From an uncultured Candidatus Entotheonella sp. (GTDB lineage: Bacteria; Tectomicrobia; Entotheonellia; Entotheonellales; Entotheonellaceae): DNA of 64,000 bases. The notes beneath the pieces are model-generated. The model did not search any database and was not told where the DNA came from. It saw only the letters and a list, made by a program, of their open reading frames with translations. The stretch spans positions 736,001 through 800,000 of the forward strand of contig CBDCDA010000002.1 in the NCBI GenBank assembly GCA_965215335.1. Direction: 5' to 3'. Below, one piece after another: positions 36,939-49,040 of this stretch (position 1 is the stretch's first letter; the number at the start of each line of letters is the position of its first letter). The translations under genes and the position numbers were made by a program.

Positions 36939-39368
36939 TCACCGCGACCGGTAAGCGGCGCTGATGTGTAACTGGCGGCGTGTTTTGGCCCAGTTCTGGC
37001 GGATTTGCTCCTGCAGCCACAGGAATTCCGCGTGCGACACCGCGAGCGCCTTGTTCAGGGCGGCGTCCGGCGTTTCGAGCTCTGCCACCTCCCGGCGCCG
37101 GCGGGTGACTTCCCGGGCTTTGTCCTTCGCCTGCTGCACCAAGCGCCGCAGCGCTCGTACGGCGCCCACGGCTGGCACTCTCAGCCGCTTGCTGTCGTCC
37201 TCAATGGCGTCAACGACGGTCTCCGAAACCCCCGCCCCTAATTCGGGCTGCAGGTCGGCCTCGTGCCACAGCTCGAATAACGCCCGTATATACTCATCCT
37301 CCGAGCCGTTCTGATAGACCGCGAGGCGATCGCGCTCCGCGCGCAAGAGATCGGCCAGATGCAAGGATAATTCGGAAGGCGCCAACCGCAACCGTGCTTC
37401 GGCTTTGGCTATCAAATGGACAATTTCAAACCGCATGGCGCCCTTGGCCGAGCGACCGGTAAGATTCCCCGAAGCGGTGTCGACGAACTCCCCACCATCC
37501 GCGAAGGTGGGCTCCAAGGCTTGAGCCAGCTTGATGTATAGGCGAACGCGCTCCCTGATCTCGTCCGCCGTGTATATTTCCGGCTTGTAGTTCTCCCTAA
37601 TGGCTCGGGCAACAAACTGCAGATCAAATGCCAGGTGTCTCAGAATGCGTTCGCGGGCCTCCGGTTTCCAATTGCCCTGCGTATCGTCCACCAAGCCTGT
37701 CATCGCCAGACGATACGTTTCCAGCCATTGACTGTGCGCTTCCAGCGCTGCCAGGGAGCCGCCATCGGCAGGCCCGCGGTTCCCCACCTCGGGTTGTGCC
37801 GCCAGCCGGGATTCCACGTGTTCCCTAGTGAAACGGGCAAAATCCCGGGTGTCGAAATGCTGTTGCTCGAACCGCAACAGCGCTTGGTAGCGAGAATTGT
37901 CGTCCACCCGGCCCGCGAGGGTTTGCAGCGTCTGCTCGTACGCGGTGAGTCGTGCATGCTTCTGGAAGGGGTCGACCGGCGCGTCGAGGCTGGCCTCGGT
38001 TTGTTGCCGCAATGCCGTTGCGACGCGCGCCGCGCCAGGCGTGGAAAAGCTCAGGAGCCGGTGCCAGGTACCGCGAAAGGCCTGCAGCCGTTGCGGGTAG
38101 GAACGTTCGGCAAAGCGGCGGAAGGATTGCGGCAGGCGGGCGGCTTCACCCTGAAGCCGCTGCAGGTCCCTGGCGACCTGCTCAAGTCCGGCTTGTAAGT
38201 CCGCCTCGAGGGGCTTCATGGCCTCACGCACCTGCGTTCGCGCGCTGGCTGCAGCGTCCGCAAACGGCTGCCGCTGCACCACAGTACCGTCAAACAGCGT
38301 CTCGGCCTGTGCCGTCGACAGCGCCTTCAGTGGCTCATGCCACACGTCCACGAGCGACCCGACCAGAGGCGCCAGGGGGTAGCCGTGGCCGACCTCGAGT
38401 GCGGCTGCGAGGTCCCGCTTGCCGCCAGCGGTATAGACGATGTCGAATGTCTTGGCGACCGCGTCGTGCAGGTCGGAGGGTTCTTCCTTGGGCCGGGACA
38501 GCCTGTAATTCCGCAGGTCCGTGCTGGCTTCGTAGAGGCGCAGCGCCGACCAGACGGAGCGACCAGCGTCGGGAAGGATGGCTCTGGCGGGTTTGCGGTC
38601 CCAGTGCATCTCGCCGATTGTATTCCGGATGCCCCGCCAGGTGTTGGCGAAGTCCGATTCGAGGGTGTCGCCCCCAAAGGGCCGCTCGGCGGCCTGCAGC
38701 AAGTCCCTGTACGGCTCGATCTCTTTCTGGGCGGCGTGCAGGCTGGCTCGCACGGCATCGAGTTGCACTTGGATCGACGCCACATCCAAGGCTTCGATGA
38801 GCGCTTCCTTGACGATGTCCCGAGCTGCGTCTGTGATGCCTCTCTTGTAGTCCGATGCCTTGCGCTCAATGTCGTCGACGTGGGCTTTGAGGCGCGTCAC
38901 CCTGGCGTCAATATCCCGCACTGCGCCGCGACCCAGAAGGGTGCCCGATACGATGATGGCGACAGTCACGTAGACGGCGCCGGCGCCGGTTGCGGCTCCC
39001 TTGCCGATGCCGAGGAATGGGGTGCCGGGCCTGACGCACAACAGCGCCGCGAGGGCGATCAGGACGATCACGAGGGCAAGGGCGTTCTGGCCCTGCAAGG
39101 CCGCCTGCAGCAGGGGAGGGGCCTGCACCCTGGCGATGGCGGCCTCGATCTGGCCGATTGTCGTGCTGGTTCTCACGATGTCCGCCGTGGCTCCGAGCCA
39201 GTAGTGGTGTAGCGAGAACAGCAGCGCCACCAGAAAAACCGGGGCGAGGAACAGCAGCGCGCGGCGCACAACGCGGGCGATGAGCGATTCAGCACCCCGG
39301 GTTATGTAGAAGCCAATCAGCAGGGCGGCGAGCACGACGCCGCAGGCAATCGTCAGTTCGTATGCCAT
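36939..39368 (-). CDS. Large hypothetical membrane protein
   Basis: ~809-aa ORF, four N-terminal TMs, long helical soluble region. Confidence 0.75.
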   Translation of the reverse strand: MAYELTIACGVVLAALLIGFYITRGAESLIARVVRRALLFLAPVFLVALLFSLHHYWLGATADIVRTSTTIGQIEAAIARVQAPPLLQAALQGQNALALVIVLIALAALLCVRPGTPFLGIGKGAATGAGAVYVTVAIIVSGTLLGRGAVRDIDARVTRLKAHVDDIERKASDYKRGITDAARDIVKEALIEALDVASIQVQLDAVRASLHAAQKEIEPYRDLLQAAERPFGGDTLESDFANTWRGIRNTIGEMHWDRKPARAILPDAGRSVWSALRLYEASTDLRNYRLSRPKEEPSDLHDAVAKTFDIVYTAGGKRDLAAALEVGHGYPLAPLVGSLVDVWHEPLKALSTAQAETLFDGTVVQRQPFADAAASARTQVREAMKPLEADLQAGLEQVARDLQRLQGEAARLPQSFRRFAERSYPQRLQAFRGTWHRLLSFSTPGAARVATALRQQTEASLDAPVDPFQKHARLTAYEQTLQTLAGRVDDNSRYQALLRFEQQHFDTRDFARFTREHVESRLAAQPEVGNRGPADGGSLAALEAHSQWLETYRLAMTGLVDDTQGNWKPEARERILRHLAFDLQFVARAIRENYKPEIYTADEIRERVRLYIKLAQALEPTFADGGEFVDTASGNLTGRSAKGAMRFEIVHLIAKAEARLRLAPSELSLHLADLLRAERDRLAVYQNGSEDEYIRALFELWHEADLQPELGAGVSETVVDAIEDDSKRLRVPAVGAVRALRRLVQQAKDKAREVTRRRREVAELETPDAALNKALAVSHAEFLWLQEQIRQNWAKTRRQLHISAAYRSR

Positions 39369-39519
39369 GGCTTGTCCTCTAATCGAGTGCCGGACGACGC
39401 TTCTGGCGCCTCCGACGATCTGTGCAGATGCAGACACGTTTACGACCGGAATGACCGACACAAGCCCCGCTATTCATAATTCAAGCCGTACACGTCTTGG
39501 CCGATTCGTCAGACCCTCC

Positions 39520-40740
39520 TTAATCTACCAACGCGGCATAGATGAGGGTGCGTAGCTCGCGGCGGATGGGGTAAGACGACGACGGCATTACCTGCGTCAT
39601 GAAGATGACGATGAGATCCTCGACGGGGTCTACCCAGAACGCCGTGCTGGCCGCGCCGCCCCAGGCGAATTCGCCCGGCGTACCGAGTATCTGCGCCCGC
39701 GTCGGATCCAGCATGACGGAGAATCCCAGGCCGAAGCCTACTCCGGCGTAGGCGGTTTCGGTGAACATGCCGGCCTGCGCCCGCGCCGTCAGGTCCTGCC
39801 CGCCTGGCAGGTGGTTCGTGGTCATCAGATCCACGGTCTTGCGGCTCAGCAGCCGGATGCCGTCCAACGCGCCGCGATTGTACAGCATGAGCGTAAAACG
39901 CAGATAATCCAGGGCCGTGGAGACCAGCCCGCCGCCACCCGACAGGAAGTTGCCGCGGCGAAACTCGCTGGTCTCCGGGGCATCGGCGATCCGCAGGCTC
40001 CCGTCGCGCTGCCGTTCGTAATTGCAGGCAAAGCGCTCAAGCTGCTCGTCGGCCACGGTGAAGCCCGTGTCAGTCATGCCCAGCGGCTGGAAAATGTGCT
40101 CCCGCAGGTAGGCATCGAACCGCTGGCCGGAAATCACCTCGACCAGGTACCCTGCCACGTCCGTAGCGACCGAGTAGTTCCAGCGCGTGCCGGGCGAGAA
40201 TTCCAGCGGCAACTCCGCCAGGGTGTCCACCATGTCCTGGAGGGTGTAGTCGGGGCGGCTTCTGTCGGCGATGCGCAGGATGCGGTAGGCGGCGTCGACG
40301 TTGGTGCGCTCCATGAAGCCGTAGGTCAGGCCGGAGGTATGGCTGAGCAGGTCACGGACGGTCATGGGCCGGGCCACCGGCGCCGTGAGAAAGGTTGGAA
40401 AGTTGCCGCCGACGAATACCCGCAGGCCCTCCCAGGCGGGAATGAAGCGCTGCACGGGGTCGTCGAGCTGGCACAGACCCTGTTCAAGCAGCATCATGAG
40501 GGCCACGGTGGCGATGGGCTTGCTCATCGAATAGATGCGAAAGACGGCGTCGTGCTGCATGGGCCGCCGCCGTTCGATCTCGAGATGACCTTGCGGCTCG
40601 AAGAAGGCGATCTCGCCGTGGCGGGCCACCAGCGTCAGGGTGCCGGCGAGCCTGCCGTCGTCGATGTAACGCTGAAAGTGGCCGCGAATGCGGTCGAGAC
40701 GGACAGATGAGAGGCCAACTTCCTCCGGCTTGACGGTCAT
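39520..40740 (-). CDS. Serine hydrolase, beta-lactamase-like family
   Basis: FRIYSMSKP (SxxK), LLSHTSGL, PGTRWNYS, WGGAAST. Confidence 0.92.
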   Translation of the reverse strand: MTVKPEEVGLSSVRLDRIRGHFQRYIDDGRLAGTLTLVARHGEIAFFEPQGHLEIERRRPMQHDAVFRIYSMSKPIATVALMMLLEQGLCQLDDPVQRFIPAWEGLRVFVGGNFPTFLTAPVARPMTVRDLLSHTSGLTYGFMERTNVDAAYRILRIADRSRPDYTLQDMVDTLAELPLEFSPGTRWNYSVATDVAGYLVEVISGQRFDAYLREHIFQPLGMTDTGFTVADEQLERFACNYERQRDGSLRIADAPETSEFRRGNFLSGGGGLVSTALDYLRFTLMLYNRGALDGIRLLSRKTVDLMTTNHLPGGQDLTARAQAGMFTETAYAGVGFGLGFSVMLDPTRAQILGTPGEFAWGGAASTAFWVDPVEDLIVIFMTQVMPSSSYPIRRELRTLIYAALVD

Positions 40741-40874
40741 CGGTTCTCCTTCGGACTGGCCGGTGGTGTGCGGGCCGCACCGGCGGGTTTCGGGGCTTGT
40801 GGCGAGCAGCCAAATGTGTTCTGATCGAGCCGCGTTGCAGGCGGTCAAATCACTGCATGGAAAGGACTTCGGTC

Positions 40875-41183
40875 ATGATCGAAACAGGGTATAACGGTTG
40901 GCGCAACTATACCACATGGGCGGTGCATACGTGGCTTTCCGCTGACGACGAGCACTTGGCAACGGTGCGCGAGATCGCCGCGGCGCGGGCGCCGGAGGAG
41001 CGGCTCAGCGAATGGGTCGAGGAGCATGTGTGGGAGGGGCTTCTGGGCGTGAACGAAAACGACGTGCCGGAATGCCTCGGCGCTGATTTGCTGGCCTGGG
41101 CCCTCGGACGGGTGGATTGGCAGGAGCTTGTCACGGCGTTCAAGGCGTCGGCAGAAGAGGCAGAGCCGGAAGGCGTGGCGTAA
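40875..41183 (+). CDS. Small hypothetical protein
   Basis: YNGWRNYTTWAVHTWL...VDWQEL; AAGGA RBS. Confidence 0.65.
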   Translation: MIETGYNGWRNYTTWAVHTWLSADDEHLATVREIAAARAPEERLSEWVEEHVWEGLLGVNENDVPECLGADLLAWALGRVDWQELVTAFKASAEEAEPEGVA

Positions 41184-41234
41184 GCGGGCCCGCAGATCGG
41201 ATTGGTGGCAGGGGCCCCTTGATTTTGCCAAGTC

Positions 41235-41262
41235 CCGTCACCCCGGCGGAGCCGGGGTCCAG
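41235..41262. repeat. REP-like palindrome
   Basis: CGTCACCCCGGCGGAGCCGGGGTCCAG between convergent genes; related sequence at 57361-57447. Confidence 0.5.
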
Positions 41263-41276
41263 AATTCTTGTCGGGC

Positions 41277-42314
41277 TCAGAAATCGACCAGTTCCACGTC
41301 GAACACCAGCGTGGCCCGCGGCGGGATGACCGGCGGATGACCCCGTTCCCCGTAGGCAAGGTGGCTGGGAATGATCAGGATGCGCCTCTCCCCCTTCTGC
41401 ATGTCGAGCAGCGCCTCGTCCCATCCCTTGATGACACGCCCCATTCCGACCTCGAAGGCAAACGGCTCGCCGCGTTGCACCGAGCTGTCGAAGACCCTGC
41501 CGCTCAGAAATTTGCCCGTGTAGTGTGCCTGGATGCGCGTGCCGGGTTGCGGCTTGGGGCCGTCGCCCGCCTCAACGATGATGTACATGAGACCCGAAGC
41601 GGTGGTCTGCAGCTTGCCGGGGTGCGCCGCTTCCAGCGTCGCCATGGTGTCGTCATATTCCTTCCTGACGCTGGCCTCTTGGGCGGCGGCGATTTCGGCG
41701 ACCATGCCGTCGAACGTCGCCTGATTGGCCTTGAACGCCTTGGCCGCGTCGCCCACCCGCACGATCGTCACCTGCTCCAGCTTGTCGCCTTGTTCGATGG
41801 CATCGACGACGTCCTGCCCCTGAATGACCCGTCCGAACACCGTGTGCTTGCCGTCCAGCCACGGCGTCGCCTTGTGGGTGATGAAGAACTGGCTGCCGTT
41901 CGTATTGGGGCCGGCGTTCGCCATGGACAGCACGCCCGGGCCGTCGTGCCGCAGGCCGGGGTAAATCTCGTCGGGGAAGCGATAGCCGGGACCACCGCGC
42001 CCACTGCCTTCCGGGTCACCGCCTTGGATCATGAAATTGGCGATGACGCGGTGAAACGTCAGGCCATCGTAAAACGGTATTCCCGCCGGTTTGTTGGAAT
42101 CCTTGGTGCCTTCCGACAAACCGACGAAATTCACCACCGTCAGGGGTGTCGCCTCGAATGTCAGACGCAGCACGATCAGGCCCTTCGAGGTGTACATCTC
42201 GGCGTACAGGCCGTCGGAATAGGCGTCTGCGGCGCTGGCGGATGCGACAAGGCCGGCAACCAGGACGGACGTTAAGGCTGCGATCCGGATGAACTTCCAG
42301 GGGAATGCGGTCAT
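41277..42314 (-). CDS. Peptidyl-prolyl isomerase, cyclophilin + FKBP fusion
   Basis: [40 protein letters not shown]; signal peptide. Confidence 0.95.
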   Translation of the reverse strand: MTAFPWKFIRIAALTSVLVAGLVASASAADAYSDGLYAEMYTSKGLIVLRLTFEATPLTVVNFVGLSEGTKDSNKPAGIPFYDGLTFHRVIANFMIQGGDPEGSGRGGPGYRFPDEIYPGLRHDGPGVLSMANAGPNTNGSQFFITHKATPWLDGKHTVFGRVIQGQDVVDAIEQGDKLEQVTIVRVGDAAKAFKANQATFDGMVAEIAAAQEASVRKEYDDTMATLEAAHPGKLQTTASGLMYIIVEAGDGPKPQPGTRIQAHYTGKFLSGRVFDSSVQRGEPFAFEVGMGRVIKGWDEALLDMQKGERRILIIPSHLAYGERGHPPVIPPRATLVFDVELVDF

Positions 42315-42407
42315 GGGAATACCTTCTTGATATGGGGTGTGGGTGCTGTCGAAATGGCAAGCAAGTACCAGAATAGCCGCAGACTGCTGGTGGCACAAAC
42401 AGTCGTG

Positions 42408-43556
42408 CTACGGCATCGCGGCGCGCAGGGCCTCCACCAAGGCGTCGAGGTCGTCAGGGGCGTTGTAGACGTGCGGCGATACCCGCAATGAGGTGCCGCG
42501 CTGTGATACGTAAACCTCGCGGCGGCGGAGGCCCTCCAGGATGGCCGGTAACCGTTCGCCGTCGGGTACGCGAATGCCGAACAGGTGCGGAGAGCGCTCC
42601 GGCTCCGGCGCCATGGCGTAAGGCGTGTCCGCCAGAGCCGCTTCCACGTCGCCGCTCAAGGCGGCGCAGTAGTCCCGGATGGCCGTCGCCCCCCACGTCA
42701 GGATCTGCTTCAGCCCCTCGTTGAGCATCGCCACCAGGATGAAATTCGAGCGCTCGCCGGCGTCGAAGCGCCGAGCGCCGGGCTGGTACTCCCGCCGGTA
42801 CTGGCTCAGATTGCTGAAGTTCTCGCTGTCCTTGCGGTTGATCCAGTTGTGCTCGAAAGGCTCGCCGGCCAGCAGCCGGTCGCCGACCGCGATGAGGCCG
42901 TACTGGTATGGGCCAAGCATCCACTTGTAACCGGCGCACACCAGCAGGTCCGGCTGCAGGCGGTCAAAGTCAAAGGGCAGGGCGCCGACCGACTGGGTGC
43001 CATCGACAACGAACAGGGCGCCCACCTCGCGCGCCCGCTTTCCGATAGCTTCGAGGTCAAAGGGGGTGCCGTCCGTATAGTGGACGTCAGTGAGCGTTAC
43101 CGACGCGGTATGGCGGTCGATAGCCGCCAGGACGCGCGCGTTCCACGCTGCTGCCGACGGCGGTCCGTCGGGGCGTTCGACTAGGCGCAGTTCGGCGCCG
43201 CTGCGGTTGCAGGCGGCCATCCAACCGTAGACGTTGCTCGGAAACTCTTCCGCCGGGATGACCACATTCTGCCCGGCCTGCAGCGGCGTGTTGTGGACCG
43301 CCACGGCCACCCCGTAGCTGGCGGCGGGGACGCAGGCGACTCGGTCCCCCGAGGTGTTGACGAGACGGGCAAAACGGTTACGCAGGGTTTCGATCGGCTC
43401 GAAAAATTCCGCCCTGCCGATATCGGCGGGTGAGGCTTTCAGCCCGACAGCGGCGATACCGGCGTCCTGCGCCGATTTCAGCAGGGGCGACATGTAGGCG
43501 CAGTTCAGGTAGTGCTGAGATGCCGTCAAGGAGAAGAGATGGCGTTGGCATTGCAT
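42408..43556 (-). CDS. Class V PLP-dependent aminotransferase
   Basis: YLNCAYMSP, VDGTQSVG, GYKWMLGP, RVSPHVYN. Confidence 0.9.
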   Translation of the reverse strand: MQCQRHLFSLTASQHYLNCAYMSPLLKSAQDAGIAAVGLKASPADIGRAEFFEPIETLRNRFARLVNTSGDRVACVPAASYGVAVAVHNTPLQAGQNVVIPAEEFPSNVYGWMAACNRSGAELRLVERPDGPPSAAAWNARVLAAIDRHTASVTLTDVHYTDGTPFDLEAIGKRAREVGALFVVDGTQSVGALPFDFDRLQPDLLVCAGYKWMLGPYQYGLIAVGDRLLAGEPFEHNWINRKDSENFSNLSQYRREYQPGARRFDAGERSNFILVAMLNEGLKQILTWGATAIRDYCAALSGDVEAALADTPYAMAPEPERSPHLFGIRVPDGERLPAILEGLRRREVYVSQRGTSLRVSPHVYNAPDDLDALVEALRAAMP

Positions 43557-43881
43557 GACGAACTCCCGTTTGGGGAACAGGTGAGAAGCGTTGTACCGCG
43601 CGCTGTCTGTCAGGCTTCTGCAAACCGGCGGCCTTCCTGGAGCGGTGCCGGACGGCGACGGTATCGAAGTATATCCACAAGGCTCGTTTGGCTCAATTAT
43701 GGCAAATCCATGTGAACGGTGTTGGCATTCCTGATAGGATGCTCGAATACCTGCCCGCTGGGGGCTCGGCGCCGGGTAATGGAAAAGGGGTGTCGCGCGA
43801 ACCGACTGCCTGCAATTGCCGGGAAGTCCTTGAACGGGCAAGATCAAGCTGTGGAAGGTGAAGGAAAAAAGGGAAAAGCCG

Positions 43882-45105
43882 ATGAAAATCAGGGACGTCA
43901 AAACCTACGTGGTAGGCAATCCGCCGCCGCACCATGGCGGTGCATACTGGGTGTTTCTGAAGCTGACGACGGACGACAACGTGGAGGGCTTTGGCGAGGC
44001 TTACGGTGTGCCGTTTCACCCCAAGATGGTGGCGCGCTTGGTCGAGGACGTGGTGCAGCGCTACGTCATCGGCGCGAGTCCGTTCCAGATCGAAAAGCTC
44101 TGGCGCGTCATCTATTCGAGCGGCTACACGCAGCACCCGGACCTGGGCCTCATGGGCGTGCTGAGCGGCATCGAAATGGCCTGCTGGGACATCGTGGGAA
44201 AGGCGCTCAACCAGCCGATCTACAACCTGCTCGGCGGCCAGGTGCACGAGAAATTGCGGTCCTACACCTATCTCTATCCCGCCCCCGCCGCTGCGGAGCC
44301 GGGCGGGACTTCGGACGCGCTTGAAGTCGCCAACATCTTCGGCGACCCGGAGCGCGCGCCGCGCCGCGCCCTGCAGTACCTTGAACAGGGCTTCACCGCC
44401 CTGAAGTTCGACCCGGTCATGCCGATGGGCGCCTTTGACCCCAGACAGCTCACGCTGGAGGTGCTCGATAATGCCGAGATGGTGGTCAAGAACATGCGGG
44501 AGGCGCTGGGGAGCAAATGCGACCTGCTCATCGGCACGCATGGCCAGATGACGACCGCCGCGGCGATTCGCTTTGCCCGCCGCCTGGAGCCGTATGAGCC
44601 GCTGTGGTTCGAGGAGCCGGTGCCGCCGGAAAACCTGAACGAGATGGCGCGTGTGGCGCATGCGACCCGCATCCCCATCGCCACCGGCGAGCGGCTGACC
44701 ACCAAGTACGAGTTCGCGCCGTTGCTCGAAAAACAGGCGGCGGCCATTCTGCAACCCGCCCTGGGGCGCGTCGGCGGCATCCTGGAAGCGAAGAAGATCG
44801 CCGGCATGGCGGAGGCGTACTATGCCCAGATTGCCCCGCACCTCTACTGCGGGCCGCTGGAAGCGGCGGCCAACATACAGATCGCCACCTGCAGCCCGAA
44901 CTTCCTGATCCAGGAGAGCATCGAAACCTTCGGCGGGTTTTACAGTGAGGTGCTACAGGAGCCCATCCAGTGGCAAGACGGCTACATCATTCCGCCCGCC
45001 AGGCCGGGTTTGGGCATCGAGTTGAACGAGGCGGTGGCTGAGCGACACGCCTACGAGGGCGGCGTATTTCCGGAACTGGTGGATACGCCGATCACTGGCT
45101 TGTAG
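43882..45105 (+). CDS. Mandelate racemase/muconate lactonizing enzyme family protein
   Basis: GFGE, WDIVGKA, WFEEP, TGER, APHLYCGP. Confidence 0.92.
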   Translation: MKIRDVKTYVVGNPPPHHGGAYWVFLKLTTDDNVEGFGEAYGVPFHPKMVARLVEDVVQRYVIGASPFQIEKLWRVIYSSGYTQHPDLGLMGVLSGIEMACWDIVGKALNQPIYNLLGGQVHEKLRSYTYLYPAPAAAEPGGTSDALEVANIFGDPERAPRRALQYLEQGFTALKFDPVMPMGAFDPRQLTLEVLDNAEMVVKNMREALGSKCDLLIGTHGQMTTAAAIRFARRLEPYEPLWFEEPVPPENLNEMARVAHATRIPIATGERLTTKYEFAPLLEKQAAAILQPALGRVGGILEAKKIAGMAEAYYAQIAPHLYCGPLEAAANIQIATCSPNFLIQESIETFGGFYSEVLQEPIQWQDGYIIPPARPGLGIELNEAVAERHAYEGGVFPELVDTPITGL

Positions 45106-45556
45106 GGAGCATCTGGGAAGCTGCCGCCCACAGTTCCTCGGCGTTGCGTTTCATGCGGCTCAGGAGCGCCGTCAGGCCGCGCAGGCGCAAGGGCGAGATG
45201 ACCCTGTGCAGCCCGAGCTGCTGGTAAAGGTTGGCGGGGGTGGCGACGATGGCCGCCGGCGTAGCGCCGTTCAGACCGCTGTGGAGGATGCTCGCGAAGC
45301 CGCGCACGGTGGGTGCCTCGCGGGGTACGTCGATATGGTAAATCACGCGGCCGTCCTGCAGCGAGGCGTGCAGGAAGACGGGGCTCTGGCACTCGTGCAC
45401 CTGCTCCATGGTGTCGCGCGCGTGGTGCAGTTCCTCCGGCAGATCGGGCAGGTCCATGGCGAATTCCAGGAGCAGTTCCAGGCGCTCCTCGGGCGAGGCG
45501 CCGCTGAATTCCTCGATGATGTCCTGCAGCGCCTCAGGGTATGGCGGCTCGTGCAT
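45092..45556 (-). CDS. sufE: SufE-family sulfur acceptor
   Basis: VHECQSPV, APTVRGF, SPLRLRG. Confidence 0.88.
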   Translation of the reverse strand: MHEPPYPEALQDIIEEFSGASPEERLELLLEFAMDLPDLPEELHHARDTMEQVHECQSPVFLHASLQDGRVIYHIDVPREAPTVRGFASILHSGLNGATPAAIVATPANLYQQLGLHRVISPLRLRGLTALLSRMKRNAEELWAAASQMLPTSQ

Positions 45557-45558
45557 CG

Positions 45559-45858
45559 CTAGAAAATCCCCAGTTGGTCCTTGGCGTCTTCCGACAGCAT
45601 GTCCGGGGTCCAGGGCGGGCTCCAGACGACCTTGATGTCCACGTCCGCGACGTTTTCCAAGGTCTTCAGCTGATTGTCGATCTGCGACAGGATCATCGGA
45701 CCGGCGGGGCAGGCGGGGCTGGTCAGGGTCATGGTCAGATCGATCTTCTGGTCGCCGATCTCAAGATCGTAGATCAGCCCCATGTCAACGATGTTGAGTC
45801 CGACCTCGGGGTCGATGATCTGCTTCAGGGCTCCGTAGACGGTTTCTTGGTCAAGCAT
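45559..45858 (-). CDS. DUF59/SufT-like Fe-S assembly factor
   Basis: DPEVGLNIVDMGL, TLTSPACP, PPWTPD. Confidence 0.9.
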   Translation of the reverse strand: MLDQETVYGALKQIIDPEVGLNIVDMGLIYDLEIGDQKIDLTMTLTSPACPAGPMILSQIDNQLKTLENVADVDIKVVWSPPWTPDMLSEDAKDQLGIF

Positions 45859-45900
45859 CCGTGCATCCTCCAGGCTGGCGGAACATTTCCTCGCGGCCGG

Positions 45901-46215
45901 TTACAGGTCGACCTCGATGCAGACGTCGTTGCCGTCGATCTTGACTTCATAGGTGTCCACCGGCTCGATGGCCGGCATGCACAGGGCGGCGCCGGTGCAG
46001 ACGTCGAAGCGCGCGCCGTGCCGCGGGCAGCTGATTTCCTTGCCGGTGAACTTGCCGTGCGCCAGGGGCGCGCCGTCGTGCGTGCACACGTCCTCGATGA
46101 CGTAGTATTCGCCCGACACGTTGAACAGCACCACCTCCAGGCCGTCCAGGTCCACCTGTTTCTTCTCGCCGGGGGCCAGTTCTCCCACTTCGCCTATCTT
46201 GACCCACTCTGCCAT
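45901..46215 (-). CDS. Rieske-type ferredoxin
   Basis: CTH...CPRHGARFD. Confidence 0.92.
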   Translation of the reverse strand: MAEWVKIGEVGELAPGEKKQVDLDGLEVVLFNVSGEYYVIEDVCTHDGAPLAHGKFTGKEISCPRHGARFDVCTGAALCMPAIEPVDTYEVKIDGNDVCIEVDL

Positions 46216-46235
46216 GGTGTCCACTCCCTTTCGCT

Positions 46236-47564
46236 TTAGATCCTGTTCTCGATCACCAGGCGGATTTTCTCCTGCACCCCTTCCACCGGAAACTCGGTGA
46301 TCACCGTCTCGAAGAAGCCCTGGACGATCAAGCGCTGGGCGGCCTGGCGCGACAGGCCCCGGCTCATCAGGTAGAAAATCTGCTCCTCGTCCACCCGCCC
46401 GGTGGTGGAGCCGTGCTTGCAGCGCACGTCGTCGGCCTCGATTTCGAGGATGGGCAGGGCGTCGGCGCGCGCCCTCGGGCTCAGCAACAGGCTGTGGGTG
46501 GCCTGGTAGGCGTTGGCCTGCTGGGCTTCCTTGCGCAGGTGCAGGACCCCGCGAAAGACGGTGCGCGCCCGGTCGAGAATCGCGCCTTTGAACAGCAGGT
46601 CGCTTTCGGTGTGCGGCGCGGTGTGATCCTGGCGGGTCTGGTAATCCAGATGCTGGCGTCCGTCGGCAAGGGTCAGTCCGAAGAGTTTCGAGTTGCCGCC
46701 CGGCGCCCGTAGCCAGACGTCCTGCGATGTCCAGTGCAGACGGCCGCCCAGTCCTGCCGCCGCCCAGTGCAGCTGGCTGTCGGCGTCGAGCACGGCGCGC
46801 TGGTGGCTGATGCCCCACAGTCGCCGGCTCCAGTTCTGGATCTGCAAGTAGGTCGCCCGGGCGCTGCGCTTGAGATACAGCTCGACGACGCCATTGTGGA
46901 AGCCCGGCAGGTCGGCCGATTGCGAAAACTGTTCGTCTACAAAGGTCACGTCGCTCTGGGCATCGGCGATGAGCAGCAGGTGCGGCTGCACCATGCCGGA
47001 GGTCGCGGCGTGAGCGGTCAGCGCCCGCAACGGCACCTGCGCCTGAACGCCGCTGGGCACATACAGGAAGGCGCCGCCCTGCCACAGAGCGCCGTGCAGG
47101 GCCGTGAAGGCGTCGGTATCGACGGGCACGGCCTCGGTCATGAAGTACGCCTTGACGATGTCGGCATGTTGCTGCACTGCGCTGTCGAGGTCGCAGAAGA
47201 TGACGCCCTGCCGGGTCAGGTCGGCTTCCAGCGTTTGCCACAAGGCGTTACCGTCCTGGTGCACCAGGACGCCGCCGACGGTTGTTTCCGGCATGGCGAG
47301 GTGCGGCGCCATATAGGCTGGTAGCTGATTCCGTGCCGAAACCGCCTCCGTCTGGGGCGACAGGGACGAGTACTGGCCGAGGTCCAGGCCGCGCAGGTCG
47401 GTACGCCGCCATTCCTCGTCGGTATCGGTCGGCATGGTCAACTCCTGGCTGAGTTGCCAGGCAGCGCGGCGCTTGTCGCGCATCCACGCCGGTTCGTTCT
47501 TCGAGGCACTGAGCGCCTCGACCGCTTCGACGCTCAGGTCACTCGCATTCGCTACAACGGCCAC
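46236..47564 (-). CDS. sufD: Fe-S cluster assembly protein SufD
   Basis: EEWRRTD, PILEIEADDVRCKHG, FYLMSRG; GTG after GAGGAG. Confidence 0.93.
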   Translation of the reverse strand: MAVVANASDLSVEAVEALSASKNEPAWMRDKRRAAWQLSQELTMPTDTDEEWRRTDLRGLDLGQYSSLSPQTEAVSARNQLPAYMAPHLAMPETTVGGVLVHQDGNALWQTLEADLTRQGVIFCDLDSAVQQHADIVKAYFMTEAVPVDTDAFTALHGALWQGGAFLYVPSGVQAQVPLRALTAHAATSGMVQPHLLLIADAQSDVTFVDEQFSQSADLPGFHNGVVELYLKRSARATYLQIQNWSRRLWGISHQRAVLDADSQLHWAAAGLGGRLHWTSQDVWLRAPGGNSKLFGLTLADGRQHLDYQTRQDHTAPHTESDLLFKGAILDRARTVFRGVLHLRKEAQQANAYQATHSLLLSPRARADALPILEIEADDVRCKHGSTTGRVDEEQIFYLMSRGLSRQAAQRLIVQGFFETVITEFPVEGVQEKIRLVIENRI

Positions 47565-47575
47565 GTTGCTCCTCC

Positions 47576-48997
<1,422 letters not shown>

Positions 48998-49040
48998 GAG
49001 CATCTCCTTCATGCCGTGTTCGGCGGGATGAACCGGGCCG

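Noticed and set aside
39520..40740. Beta-lactam resistance gene
   Set aside because: Looks like the widespread esterase/peptidase branch: no signal peptide and no class A/C-specific KTG box.
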